Both the position numbers and the translations under genes were made by a program. Shown here one piece after another: positions 25,256-36,318 of a stretch of DNA of 64,000 nt. The DNA comes from Selaginella moellendorffii (taxonomy: Eukaryota > Plantae > Lycopodiophyta), in contig NW_003314366.1 in the NCBI RefSeq assembly GCF_000143415.4, forward strand, positions 372,001 through 436,000. The letters are read 5' to 3'. The stretch's first letter is position 1, and every line of letters begins with the position of its first letter. Below the pieces are notes generated by a model, which was given only the letters and a program-made list of their open reading frames with translations, was not told the origin of the DNA and made no database searches.

Positions 25256-26050
25256 TGTAAGCAACCAAAGGGAACGACTCGAGAGACGATCCATGGGGTT
25301 CAAATATAGAGGGAAAGGGCCCATGAACAAGAGTGCACCCCCTTTTCCAATCGGTTAAGGGTCTTGGGATAGTTGGAGTTAAGCGTCCTTGGGTTTGAAT
25401 AGTACTGGGCTGGGTGACCTCCCAGGAAGTCCAAACTCAGGAGCTTACATTTGGTATCAGAGGGGTCTCGGGTCCGACTCTGTTGGTTGGCTAGGGGAAT
25501 CACACCACATGTTGATTGACATCTGGCTGGTCCAGTTTGCTCCCACTGGGCTCGACCCAAGGGGTAGGGTGTCAGGAGAGCGAGGCTCTCGGGAGAGTTG
25601 CGGCTCTCAGCTTCCGTTCACGAGGGCGTGAACTTGCAGGGAAGCGTGGTGGATGGTATCAGAGGGGTCTCGGGTCCGACTCTGTTGGTTGGCTAGGGGA
25701 ATCACACCACATGTTGATTGACATCTGGCTGGTCTAGTTTGCTCCCACTGGGCTCGACCCAAGGGGTAGGGTGTCAGGAGAGCAAGGCTCTCGGGAGAGT
25801 TGCGGCTCTCAGCTTCCGTTCACGAGGGCGTGAACTTGCAGGGAAGCGTGGTGGATTGTAAGCAACCAAAGGGAACGACTCGAGAGACGATCCATGGGGT
25901 TCAAATATAGAGGGAAAGGGCCCATGAACAAGAGTGCACCCCCTTTTCCAATCGGTTAAGGGTCTTGGGATAGTTGGAGTTAAGCGTCTTTGGGTTTGAA
26001 TAGTACTGGGCTGGGTGACCTCCCAGGAAGTCTAAACTCAGGAGCTTACA
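25256..26050 (+). mobile_element. Cassandra-type TRIM with tandemly duplicated internal domain
   Basis: LTRs 25256-25449 and 25857-26050; TSD GTCGG on both sides; internal unit occurs twice (25450-25653, 25654-25856); 5S-derived segment in the LTRs. Confidence 0.92.
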
Positions 26051-26681
26051 GTCGGGTCTGAAATCGAGTCTGAGATCAAGTCTAAGACCAAGTCTGAGTA
26101 CTAATACAGGTCAAGGGGTGAAAGCCCAAAGCATGCGTCTCCCAGAGGGGGGCTGTAAGGGTTCCAAAAGTATAATAGGGATAGATGAGATTCAGGAACT
26201 AATCTTGAACGAACTCTCCAATGGTGCTTTCAAATTGACTTGAGGTTGAAATTGGGACTAAGGGGCCTTGGGTGGGAGTGAGTATCGACTCAGGTGGTGC
26301 CAAATGGGCCACCCAAGGAAGTGCTCAAAAGCAACTCCCTTGTTCGTTTCAAATATTGTACTCAAGCATTTGTAAATTTTGATTTTGACAATCCCAAACA
26401 TTTTTATGTAAATTTTAATTAACTAAGTTTTACAATTCTTTTACACCTACTTTTTTCCTCACCAAGAGATGTTGCATAGAGCACATGACTATAATGTCCA
26501 TTGCTTTGATTATAACTTATAGTCAACCACTAGAAATAAAGCATCCCTGAGCAATTATGTCAAATAATTTTTGTTTATTTGCTCAGACATTATCCAAGTC
26601 CCGCAGAAGCGTTTTACTCGACTAGCATGTCTTTATCTTGAGAACTGATAGGAAGTTTTTATCAAAGAATGCATCGTTCAC

Positions 26682-28267
26682 TCACTTGCGATCCAGCTTC
26701 ATAGCTTTGAGATCTTCCAGCCATCCCTGGAGGCCACAAAACGACTTCCCATTCTCTTTGTCCATAGCTTTCCTCGCAAGGATCTTCAGGTTCTGCACTC
26801 TCTTCTTGATCTTCTTCCCCTCCTCGCTATCCATCACCTTTTTTATGCCGGCCTCGATCTCTCCTCGCTCGATCAATCCCTGCACCACTGTCTTGGAGAA
26901 TCTAACCCCGATCTTCCAGTCCTCCACTATAAACTTACAGTTGGTGTTTTGCTCGCCCCCGTAAGGCCACCCCAGCATTGGAATGCCATTAGCGATGCTC
27001 TCCTGGACGGAATTCCATCCGCAGTGCGTGAGAAACGCTCCCATGGAGGGATGGGCGAGAACTCTCAGCTGTGGCGCCCAGGAAACGATGAATCCCTGGT
27101 TCTTGGTCCTCTCGCAAAACCCATTGTAAGATTCGTTCGAGTGACCACCCACCACCAGCTCAGGTCGAATCACCCACAAGAATGGCTTCTTCGATGCCTC
27201 GAGAGCTCCCGCGAGCTCCTCGAACTGCTCCACGCTCAGCACCGCGATGCTGCCAAACGAGATGTAGAGCACTGATCCAGGCTCCTGCACATCCATCCAG
27301 TGAAGGCAATCCTCGTTCTCGGGTCGAAGCACGACATTCTTCCTGGAATCGTCGAACAAGAACAGTGGCCCCGCGGGGATGAATCGAGGCCCGAGCTCGC
27401 TGGCCATGAAATCGAAGGTGGGCGCCTCGAGGTCGTAGAAGGAATTGACGAGGACCCAGCGCGCGCGCTTCACGACGGGGGAGCGCTTGATGCAAATCTC
27501 CTTCAACACCTCCTGGCCCTCCGAGGCCAGCAGGCAATCGGGCACATCGGCCAGGCGGAGGGGCTTGACTCCTCGGACGTAATCGATGATCACGGCATTG
27601 GCCTCGTCGGGGGAAGCTTTCCCTGCGTCAACAGAGGAGGTTAATTCCAAAGGGAAGAACAGGGGAAATTTGATGGTCCAAGGGAAGAACAGGGTAAATA
27701 CAAGGGAAGAATAGGGGAAACGCTTAATTCCAAGGGAAGAACAGGGGAAGAACGGAGATTCGCACCTCTGCTAGGAAAGATGTGATCTTTCTCCAGAAGC
27801 TCTGGAATGTGGTACTCAAAGCTCGTCCATGCCGCGTTTCCCGACCAAAGAATGATCCTGGGGATTCCAAACACAGCCGCCACATCCTGGGTCCAATCGC
27901 AGATGTAATCCGAGACGATACAGCTGACCGGATCGCCCTCCTCGCCGAGCTTGCGGATCAAATCCTCGAGGCCGCCGGGGAGCTCTCGCGCGGCTGCCGT
28001 GAACCAGTCCCCCACATTTCCTGCGACGTTGGCGTCGACTCCTCGCGGGAGCTTCCACGAGAATGGGATGGAATGGAGGCGCAGAGCTTCCAGCCCCGCC
28101 GGCGCCACCCAGTGCTTGACGAACTCGTCGTGGAGGCTGTCGATATTGACCCAGGAGATTGTGAAGCTTGGATCTTGGGCGATGAACTTACAGAGATGGA
28201 TCATTGGGGAGATATGGCCTTGCGCGGGCGCTGGAAACGCCAAGACATGGACCTTGCGAGAAGCCAT
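26682..28267 (-). CDS. UDP-glycosyltransferase (family 1), copy 1; exons 28267-27766 and 27622-26682
   Basis: PAQGHISP, CIVSD, PSPG box WAPQLRVLAHPSMGAFLTHCGWNS...WPYGGEQ; GT-AG intron 27623-27765 keeps frame; alternative ATG at 28288. Confidence 0.92.
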
Positions 28268-29096
28268 GGTTTCCTTGGCAGGGTTCATCGGTATTTATTA
28301 GAATGGTTTTCTTGGCGGGGAAGGCAACGGATGTTTACACAAGTTGATTTCTCGACAAAGAGAGATTAGCATAAGCGTTGTGAGAGGCAATTCTGCTCTA
28401 GAACGAGACTCACATTGACCCAAGTTGCAATTCATTACAGCTCCTGAATTTGAACAAGCAATGATCCTATGGATAGCTGCCGCATGAATCTTGAGAAGGT
28501 GGCAAAAATCTGTCCCTACACCTGGCGGCTGGGAAGCTTCCGGCCTTTGAGAATATGGTAAGAGCATTTAACATTGGAGCAATCAGATTCATGAGTGCTG
28601 CTCTTGTCCACAAAATGGCCGTGGCTAAGTCCAGCCTAAAATAAGTGCATGATTATCGATCAAGAGAACGCTCGTTGTCTTCTCTTTGGCTGGAAATGAT
28701 GCCTGGTCTGGGCAAATGCAAGTTAGCAAAGATTCCGAGCAACAATACTGTACTCAAGCATTTGTAGAGTTTTTTTTTGTAAACATCGAAAATCCCAAAC
28801 GTTTTCATGTAAGTTTTAATTAACTAAGTCTTACAGTTCTTTTGCATCTGCTTTTTTCCTCACCGAGAAATGTTACATAGAGCACATAACTAATGTCCAT
28901 TTGCTTTGATTGTAACTTATGGTCGGTCACTAGCAATAGAGCATTCTTGAACAATTTTGTCAAGTAATCTTTGTTTGTTTGCTCAGCCATTTCCAACATT
29001 ATCCAAATCCCACGCACAAGCGTTTTACTTGACTAGCATGTGTTTATCTTCAGAACTGATAGATAGAAAGTTCTTATCAAAGAATGCATCGTTCAC

Positions 29097-30756
29097 TCAC
29101 TTGCGATCCAGCTTCATAGCTTTGAGATCTTCCAGCCATCCCTGGAGGCCACAAAACGACTTCCCATTCTCTTTGTCCATAGCTTTCCTCGCAAGGATCT
29201 TCAAGTTCTCCACTCTCTCCTTCATCTTCTTCCCCTCCTCGCTATCCATCACCTTTCTTATGCCGTCCTCGATCTCTCCTCGCTCGATCAATCCCTGCAC
29301 CACTGTCTTGGAGAATCTAACCCCGATCTTCCAGTCCTCCACTATAAACTTACAGTTGGTGTTTTGCTCACCCCCGTAAGGCCACCCCAGCATTGGAATG
29401 CCATTTGCGATGCTCTCCTGGATGGAATTCCATCCGCAGTGCGTGAGAAACGCTCCCATGGAGGGATGGGCGAGAACTCGAAGCTGTGGCGCCCAGGAAA
29501 CGATGAATCCCTGGTTCTTGGTCCTCTCGCAAAACCGATTGTAAGATTCGTTCGAGTGACCACCCACCACCAGCTCAGGTCGAATCACCCACAAGAATGG
29601 CTTCTTCGATGCCTCGAGAGCTCCCGCGAGCTCCTCGAATTGCTCCTCGCTCAGCACCGCGATGCTGCCAAATGAGATGTAGAGAACAGATCCACGCTCC
29701 TGCGCATCCATCCAGTGAAGGCAATCCTCGTTCTCGGGTCGAAGCACCACATTCTTCCTGGAATCGTCGAGCAAGAACAGTGGCCCCGCGGGGATGAATC
29801 GAGGCCCGAGCTCGCTGGCCATGAAATCAAAACTGGGCGCCTCTAGGTCGTAGAAGGAATTGACGAGGACCCAGCGCGCGCGCTTCACGACGAAGGAGCG
29901 CTTGATAGAAATCTCCTTCCACACCTCGTCGCCCTGAAGGTACGTGGGCACATCGGCCAGGCGGAGCGGCTTGACTCCTCGGACGTAATCGATGATCACA
30001 GAATTTGCCTCGTCCGCAGAAGCTCTTCCTGCGCACGAATCGATCAGTCCAAGGGAAGAACAGGGGATGTTAATTCCAAAGAGAAGAGGGCCAAAGGGAA
30101 GAACAGGGGAAATGTGATGGTATTCCAAGGAAAGAACAGGGTAATTCCAGGGAAAACAATGGAAGAACAGGGGAAACTTTTAATTCCAAGGGAAGAATAG
30201 GGAAAACGTTTAATTCCAAGGGAAGAACAGGGAAAGTTCATGATCAAAATAGGCGATTCGTACCTCTGCTAGGAAATATGTGATCCTTCTCCAGAAGCTC
30301 TGGAATGTGGTACTCCAAGCTCGTCCATGCCGCGGTGCCCGGCCAAAGAATGACCCTGGGGATGCCAAACACATCCGCCACATCCTGGGTCCAATCGCAG
30401 AAGTAATCCGAGACGATACAGCTGACCGGATCGCCCTCCTCGCCGAGCTTGCGGATCAAATCCTCGAGGCCGCCGGGGAGCTCTCGCGCAGCTGCCGCGA
30501 ACCAGTCCCCCAGATTTCGCACGACGTGGGCGTCGACTCCTCGCGGGACCTTCCACGAGAATGGGATGGAATGGAGGCGTATCTCTTCCAGCGCCGCCCA
30601 GTGCTTGATGAATTCGTCGTGGAGGCTGTCGATATTGACCACGGAGATTGTGAAGCTTGGATCTTGAGCGATGAACTTGCAGAGATGGATCATTGGGGAG
30701 ATATGGCCTTGGGCGGCCACTGGAACCGCCAAGACATGGACCTTGGTAGAAGCCAT
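29097..30756 (-). CDS. UDP-glycosyltransferase, copy 2; exons 30756-30264 and 30028-29097
   Basis: Same motifs; GT-AG intron 30029-30263. Confidence 0.92.
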
Positions 30757-31671
30757 GATTTTTTTTTGGCAAGGAAAGATTTGTGCGTAAACTGTTTAGA
30801 CTACTAGCCGTCTCTGGAAAAGATTCCTTGGTAGTTTAGTGTTTTGGCCAATTTCTGGAGATTAAGATCCTGATGGTGGTTCCAAGGATTATTATCCCCT
30901 CGCTGGGATTAAGTTTCACAATTCCAAAAGCTAAGGGACTGTAGAGTTTGGATCGATATTTGGGGCAATGATCCCTTGCATGCATGGACAACTGCCACAT
31001 GAATCTTGATCTCTATTAAGTTGGGAAAAATCTAGATATTTCCGTGCATGGCGGCTGGGACGAGCAAAAGAGAGAAGAAAAACATGGTAAGAGCATGTAA
31101 CATTAAGTAAGTGCTCTAAGACATCTCTCTAATCCCGGATTCTTAAAGAAATGCATGACTACAGCGCGCTAATGGTGTCTTCCCTTCGGCCGCAAATGAT
31201 GCCTCGTCTGGGCAAATGCAACTTCGCAAAGATTCCGAGCAACAATGTTGCGCTGAAGTTTGTAAGCATCGACTTTAATATTGGTTCCAAACGTTTCATG
31301 TAGGTTCTAACGAAGCTCTTTCGCATCTAGTCAACTACCCCTATCTGGCAAATGCTAAGAGTCTATCAGAGGGCATTGTGGTGATCCCAGGGGTTCCGCT
31401 AAAGATATCCCCAGTTGGTAGCGGCCATTCGCGAGGAATTCCATCTCCTCGCGGTAATCCCTGCGGATTTCTCAACTCGGAGTCGGATCGAGCAGCCAGG
31501 ATCGCCGCAGGGATGTTGGCACCTCCTGCGCTCTGCGTCTGGCTTTCCAATGCTCATGCGACATCTCTCAGTGAGGAAGAAACCGGCATGGATCAAAGAA
31601 GTTGGCACATTAATTATCTTGAGAACTGGTACAAAGTTCTTAAAGTTCTCTTCAAAGAATAGATCTTTCAC

Positions 31672-33214
31672 TCACTCGCGATGGATCTTCAAACCTTTGA
31701 GATCTTCCAAGAATGCTTGGACGCCACGAAACGATTTCCCATGCTCTTTGTCCATGGCTTTCCTGGCAAGGATCTTCAAGTTCTCCACTCTCTCCTTCAT
31801 TTCCTTCCCCTCTTCGCTATCCATCACCTTTCTTATGCCGTCCTCGATCTCTCCTCGCTCGATCAATCCCTGCATCGCGGTCTTGGAGAATCTAACCCCG
31901 ATCTTCCAGTCCTCCACTATAAACTTACAGTTGGTGTTTTGCTCGACCCCGTAAGGCCACCCCAGCATTGGAATCCCGTGTGTGATGCTCTCCTGGATGG
32001 AATTCCATCCGCAGTGCGTAAGAAACGCTCCCATGGAGGGATGGGCGAGGACTCGCAGCTGTGGCGCCCAAGAAACGATGAATCCCTGGTTCTTGGTCCT
32101 CTCGCAAAACCCATCGTAAGATTCGGTGGACTGTCCGCCGACCACGAGCTCGGATCGAATCACCCACAAGAATGGCTTCTTCGATGCCTCGAGAGCTCCC
32201 GCGAGCTCCTCGAATTGCTCCACGCTCAGCACCGCGATGCTGCCAAACGAGATGTAGAGCACCGATCCAGGCTCCTGCTCATCCATCCAGCCAAGGCAAT
32301 CCTCGTTCTCGGGGCGAAGCACCACATTCTTCCTGGAATCGTCGAGCAAAAACTGTGGCCCCGCGGGGATAAATCTAGGTCCGAGCTCGCTGGCCATGAA
32401 ATCGAAGGTGGGCGCCTCGAGGTCGTAGAAGGAATTGACGAGGACCCATCGCGCGCGCTTCACGACGGGGGAGCGTTTGATGCAAATCTCCTTCCACACC
32501 TTCTCGCCCTGCATGTAATCGGGCACATCGGCCAGGCGGAGGGGCTTCACTCCTCGGACGTAGTCAATGATCACGGAATTGGCCTCCTCCGGGGAAGCTC
32601 TCCCTGGGTACGAATCGGGGAAGAACAGGCGAAATTTGAATAAGGGGAGGAGGGAAAGAACTAATGTTCATGGTCGTACCTCTGCTATGAAAGATGTGAT
32701 TCTTCTCCAGAAGATCTAGAATGTGGTACTCAAAGCTCGACCATCCCGCGGTTCCCGACCAGAGAATGATCCTGGGGATACCAAACACGTCCGCCACATC
32801 CTGGGTCCAATCGCAGAAGTAATCCGAGATGATGCAGTTGACCGGATCACCCTCCTCGCCGAGCTTGCGGATCAAATCCTCGAGGCCGCCCGGGAGCTCT
32901 CGCGCGGATGCCGTGAACCAGTCCCCCACATTTCCCAGCGCGTGGGCATCGGCTCCTAGCGGGAGCTGCCACGAGTATGGGATGGAATGGAGGCGCAGAT
33001 CTTCCAGCCCCGCCGGCGCCACCCAGTGCTTGACGAACTCGTCGTGGAGGCTGTCGACATTGACCAAGGAGATCGTGAAGCTTGGATCTCGAGCGATGAG
33101 CTTGCAGAGATGGATCATTGGGGACATATGGCCTTGCGCGGGCAGGGGAACGACCACGACATGGATCTTGCTACTGGGGGAGGAAGAATCGCTAGAACTT
33201 TGCAAGGATCTCAT
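31672..33214 (-). CDS. UDP-glycosyltransferase, copy 3; exons 33214-32680 and 32603-31672
   Basis: Same motifs; GT-AG intron 32604-32679. Confidence 0.92.
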
Positions 33215-33676
33215 GATTTCTTAGGTCTCTTCCCACTCTGAGAATTGATCCATGCGGATCTTATAACCATAGAACCATCACTTTATCCACGAGAATCTTG
33301 CCCAGCCAGTTGGTTGTTTTCCATTTGATCGTACACATCGACCAGCTTTTGCAGAAGTTGTGTTTATTATGAAACCTTTAAATGCCTTTCCCGGGCAAGT
33401 GTGACTTTTCATTGTTCCAGTTGTCCTCTTAAGTTTTAGTTTAGCATCTATGAAGCTTTCTTTCAATCATCTATTTTAAATTGTTTCTTTATGTTTTTCA
33501 AGTTAGTTCTAACGACGTAACACTGCTCGTTTGGATCTAGTCAAGTAAAACGCTTGCTCGTCCAAAATGCCCAACTCTGGCAAATTATATGAGAGGGCCA
33601 AATCCCTAAAACTAGGGTTGTTGGGAGGAGCAATGCCGCCATCGCCATCGCGGTAAGTCTCCTCTCTCTCGATCGA

Positions 33677-36289
33677 ATGCCGGTCTTCCGGCCGTCGCCG
33701 ATCCTAGCGACGCAGCGCCTGTCACAGCTCGCGCCGCTCAAATGGTTCAAGGCGCCGTCCCGGACAGCCGACAAGCCCGTGTACGTGACCAAGCGGCTGC
33801 TCGAGGGGGAGAAGGCGCGGGATACCTATGGAAGAATGCGCCAGTGTGGGATCCGGCCGTGCGTGCCAGTGATCGTGCTCGCGATCAAGGCTTGCAGCGA
33901 GAGATGGGATCTCATGAGCCTCCACAGCGATCTCGTCGCCACCAAGAACGATCGAGACGTGTCGGTGGCCAACACTCTGATCGACAGCTACGCGCACTTT
34001 GGCCTCGTCGCGGATGCTCGCAAGGTCTTCGATGGGATCCAGTGCCGCGACGCCATCTCGTGGAACACCATGATCAAAGGTTACGTCCAGAACGGCGATG
34101 GCAAGGGAGCTCTCGAGCTCTTCTCGCGGATCCAGGAAGATGGTCTTCTCCCAAACGCGAGAACTTATCTGGCAGCTCTCCAGGCCTGCTCCATGGTCGC
34201 AGCTCGAGAGAAAGGGACAGTGCTCGAAGGTGGCAGGCTTGTCAAGGTGGCTACTTTGGAAAGAGGAGCAGCGATCCATGCCGAGATCGTCAAGAACCAG
34301 TACTCCGGGGACGTGTTCGTCTCCAGCGGTCTCGTGGATATGTACTCCAAGTGTGGAAGCCTGGAGAATGCCAAGCTCGTCTTCGACAAAATGGAGTTCC
34401 ACGACGTGGTTTCCTGGACTGCGATCATCATGGGCCACTGTAACTGCGGCGAGGCCGAGCTCGCTCTCGCCTTGTTCTCGCGGATGAAGGAGGAAGGCTT
34501 CATTCCCGATGGCACAACTTTCGTGGCGGTTCTCAAGGCTTGCGCGAGCTTGGCAGTGAAGGAGACGAGTGGAAGTCATGGAGAAGTGGCTCTGGCGAGC
34601 CTGGAGAAAGGGAGAGCGCTCCACACCGAGCTCAAGAAGCTGGGGATCAAGTCGGACATGGTCTTGGAGAGCTCGCTCGTGGATATGTACGTCAAATGTG
34701 GGAGCTTGGAAGATGCAAGGCTGGTGTTTGAGAGGATGCATCGTCGCGACGCACTCGCGTGGACGAGTATGATATCCGGAACTGCTCAAGCTGGGAATGG
34801 CGAGCTCGCTCTCCAGATGTTTGCTCGCATGCAAGAGGAAGGGATCAGGCCAGACGCTCCAGCTTTCGTCGCCGCTCTTGGTGCTTGCAGTAGCCTCGCG
34901 GCGAGAGAAGGCAAGCGTGTGGAAGGGAAGTTCAAGAAGAGCCTCGTCTTGCAGAAAGGCACGGCAATTCACTCTAAGCTCGCAAAGATAGTGAAGCTCC
35001 CGAATGCTTTTGTGGAGAATGCTCTCGTGGATATGTACGCGAAGTGTGGCAACATCCAGCGAGCTCGGGAAGTGTTTGACGCGATGCTGGAGCGAGATCT
35101 AGTCTCCTGGAACTCCATGATACTGGGACTTGCACAAAACGACGAGTGTGAACCGGCTCTCAAGTACTTCTCGGTCATGCAGCACGAAGGCTTCAAGCCA
35201 GGCACCAGGACGATTGTCGGGGTGTTCAAAGCCTGTGCGGCGATGGTGGCTTTGGAAACCGGTCGAAAGTTTCACGTCGAGGCTCGCATCTCCGGACTTG
35301 ACAATGATCCCACGGTGGCATCCTCGATCGTGGACTTCTACGCCAAGTGCGGTAGTATGAGCGATGCACAAGAGGTGTTTGATTCGCTGGAGACGAGGGA
35401 CTTGGTAACTTGGAACGCCTTGATCGCGGGATACAGCTGCTGCGGAGACAATGAACGAGTCCTGGAACTTTTGGTCAGCGCAGAGAAAGAAGTTGGCTCA
35501 GTGAACGGCATCACTCTCCTCTGTGTTCTCGCGTCCTACAGCCATGCTGGCCTGGTGGAGGAAGGCAAGAGCTTCTTTGAGACAATGAACTCTAGATATG
35601 GTGTCCAACCCGGCGTGGAGCACTGCACCAGCATGGTGGATCTTCTGAGCCGAGCGAATCGTCTGGAAGAGGCAGCGAGCATGGCCAAGAGAATCTCTCG
35701 CGATTCAAGCAAAGTCGCGTGGATTACAGTGCTGGGGGCTTGTTTCAAGTGGAAGAACGTAGAAGTTGGCAAGCTTGCGTTTGACTCGGTACCGAAGGAG
35801 GATGGCGATCCATCGCCTTTCGTGCTCATGTCGAATATCTACGCCGGGGCTGGGATGTGGGAGCAGCGAGCAGCAGTCCGAAAGGCGATGGCGACGAAGT
35901 CTTTGAGCCGAGCACAGGGACAGAGCTCGTCATGGGTCGATGCCGCTGGAACGGTTCACAGATTTTCTTGGGAGAAAGAGAAGAAGATGGAGCATCCTCA
36001 AATGGAAGAGATTGTCGCGAAGTTGAGCCTTTTCCTGGGTGACAAGACGAGGAACGATGATCAAGTTTGCGAGCACAGCGAGAGATTTGCTGCTGGTTGT
36101 GCTCTGGTAAACACAGCGGCTGGAACAGACATCCGGATCTCCAAGAGTGGAAGAGTTTGCGGCGATTGTCACGACGTTTTAGCCGCCATCTCCAGACAAG
36201 GAGGAGGAGGCCGTTTGGTCGTCTGCAAGGACATAAGTTGTGTCCACGCTTTTCGAGACGGGCACTGCTCCTGTGGAGATTTCTGGTGA
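33677..36289 (+). CDS. PLS-class PPR protein with E and DYW-type deaminase domain (organellar RNA-editing factor)
   Basis: Intronless 870-aa ORF; repeated LVDMYxKCG and D.VSW motifs; HSER, CGDCH, terminal CSCGDFW. Confidence 0.95.
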   Translation: MPVFRPSPILATQRLSQLAPLKWFKAPSRTADKPVYVTKRLLEGEKARDTYGRMRQCGIRPCVPVIVLAIKACSERWDLMSLHSDLVATKNDRDVSVANTLIDSYAHFGLVADARKVFDGIQCRDAISWNTMIKGYVQNGDGKGALELFSRIQEDGLLPNARTYLAALQACSMVAAREKGTVLEGGRLVKVATLERGAAIHAEIVKNQYSGDVFVSSGLVDMYSKCGSLENAKLVFDKMEFHDVVSWTAIIMGHCNCGEAELALALFSRMKEEGFIPDGTTFVAVLKACASLAVKETSGSHGEVALASLEKGRALHTELKKLGIKSDMVLESSLVDMYVKCGSLEDARLVFERMHRRDALAWTSMISGTAQAGNGELALQMFARMQEEGIRPDAPAFVAALGACSSLAAREGKRVEGKFKKSLVLQKGTAIHSKLAKIVKLPNAFVENALVDMYAKCGNIQRAREVFDAMLERDLVSWNSMILGLAQNDECEPALKYFSVMQHEGFKPGTRTIVGVFKACAAMVALETGRKFHVEARISGLDNDPTVASSIVDFYAKCGSMSDAQEVFDSLETRDLVTWNALIAGYSCCGDNERVLELLVSAEKEVGSVNGITLLCVLASYSHAGLVEEGKSFFETMNSRYGVQPGVEHCTSMVDLLSRANRLEEAASMAKRISRDSSKVAWITVLGACFKWKNVEVGKLAFDSVPKEDGDPSPFVLMSNIYAGAGMWEQRAAVRKAMATKSLSRAQGQSSSWVDAAGTVHRFSWEKEKKMEHPQMEEIVAKLSLFLGDKTRNDDQVCEHSERFAAGCALVNTAAGTDIRISKSGRVCGDCHDVLAAISRQGGGGRLVVCKDISCVHAFRDGHCSCGDFW

Positions 36290-36318
36290 CTTTGCTGCTT
36301 TTCTCCTAGGGCTTTTTC

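Larger units (their letters stand above)
9792..26340 (+). mobile_element. Decayed Ty3/gypsy chromovirus-type element B with nested insertions (5' LTR 9792-10868, 3' LTR 24956-26340, both truncated)
   Basis: LTR end GGCTTACA then PBS TTGGTATC; gag; zinc knuckle; RT/RNaseH/integrase fragments; chromodomain; PPT ATGGGTGGTGGAGT before the 3' LTR. Confidence 0.9.

Noticed and set aside
31341-31671. GC-richer stretch with short ORFs downstream of UGT copy 3
   Set aside because: No recognisable homology or TE ends; cannot be supported as a gene
31681-32643. 320-aa antisense ORF over UGT copy 3 (and the 416-aa antisense ORF over the PPR gene)
   Set aside because: Explained by GC-rich codon usage of the sense genes; not kept open in the UGT paralogues
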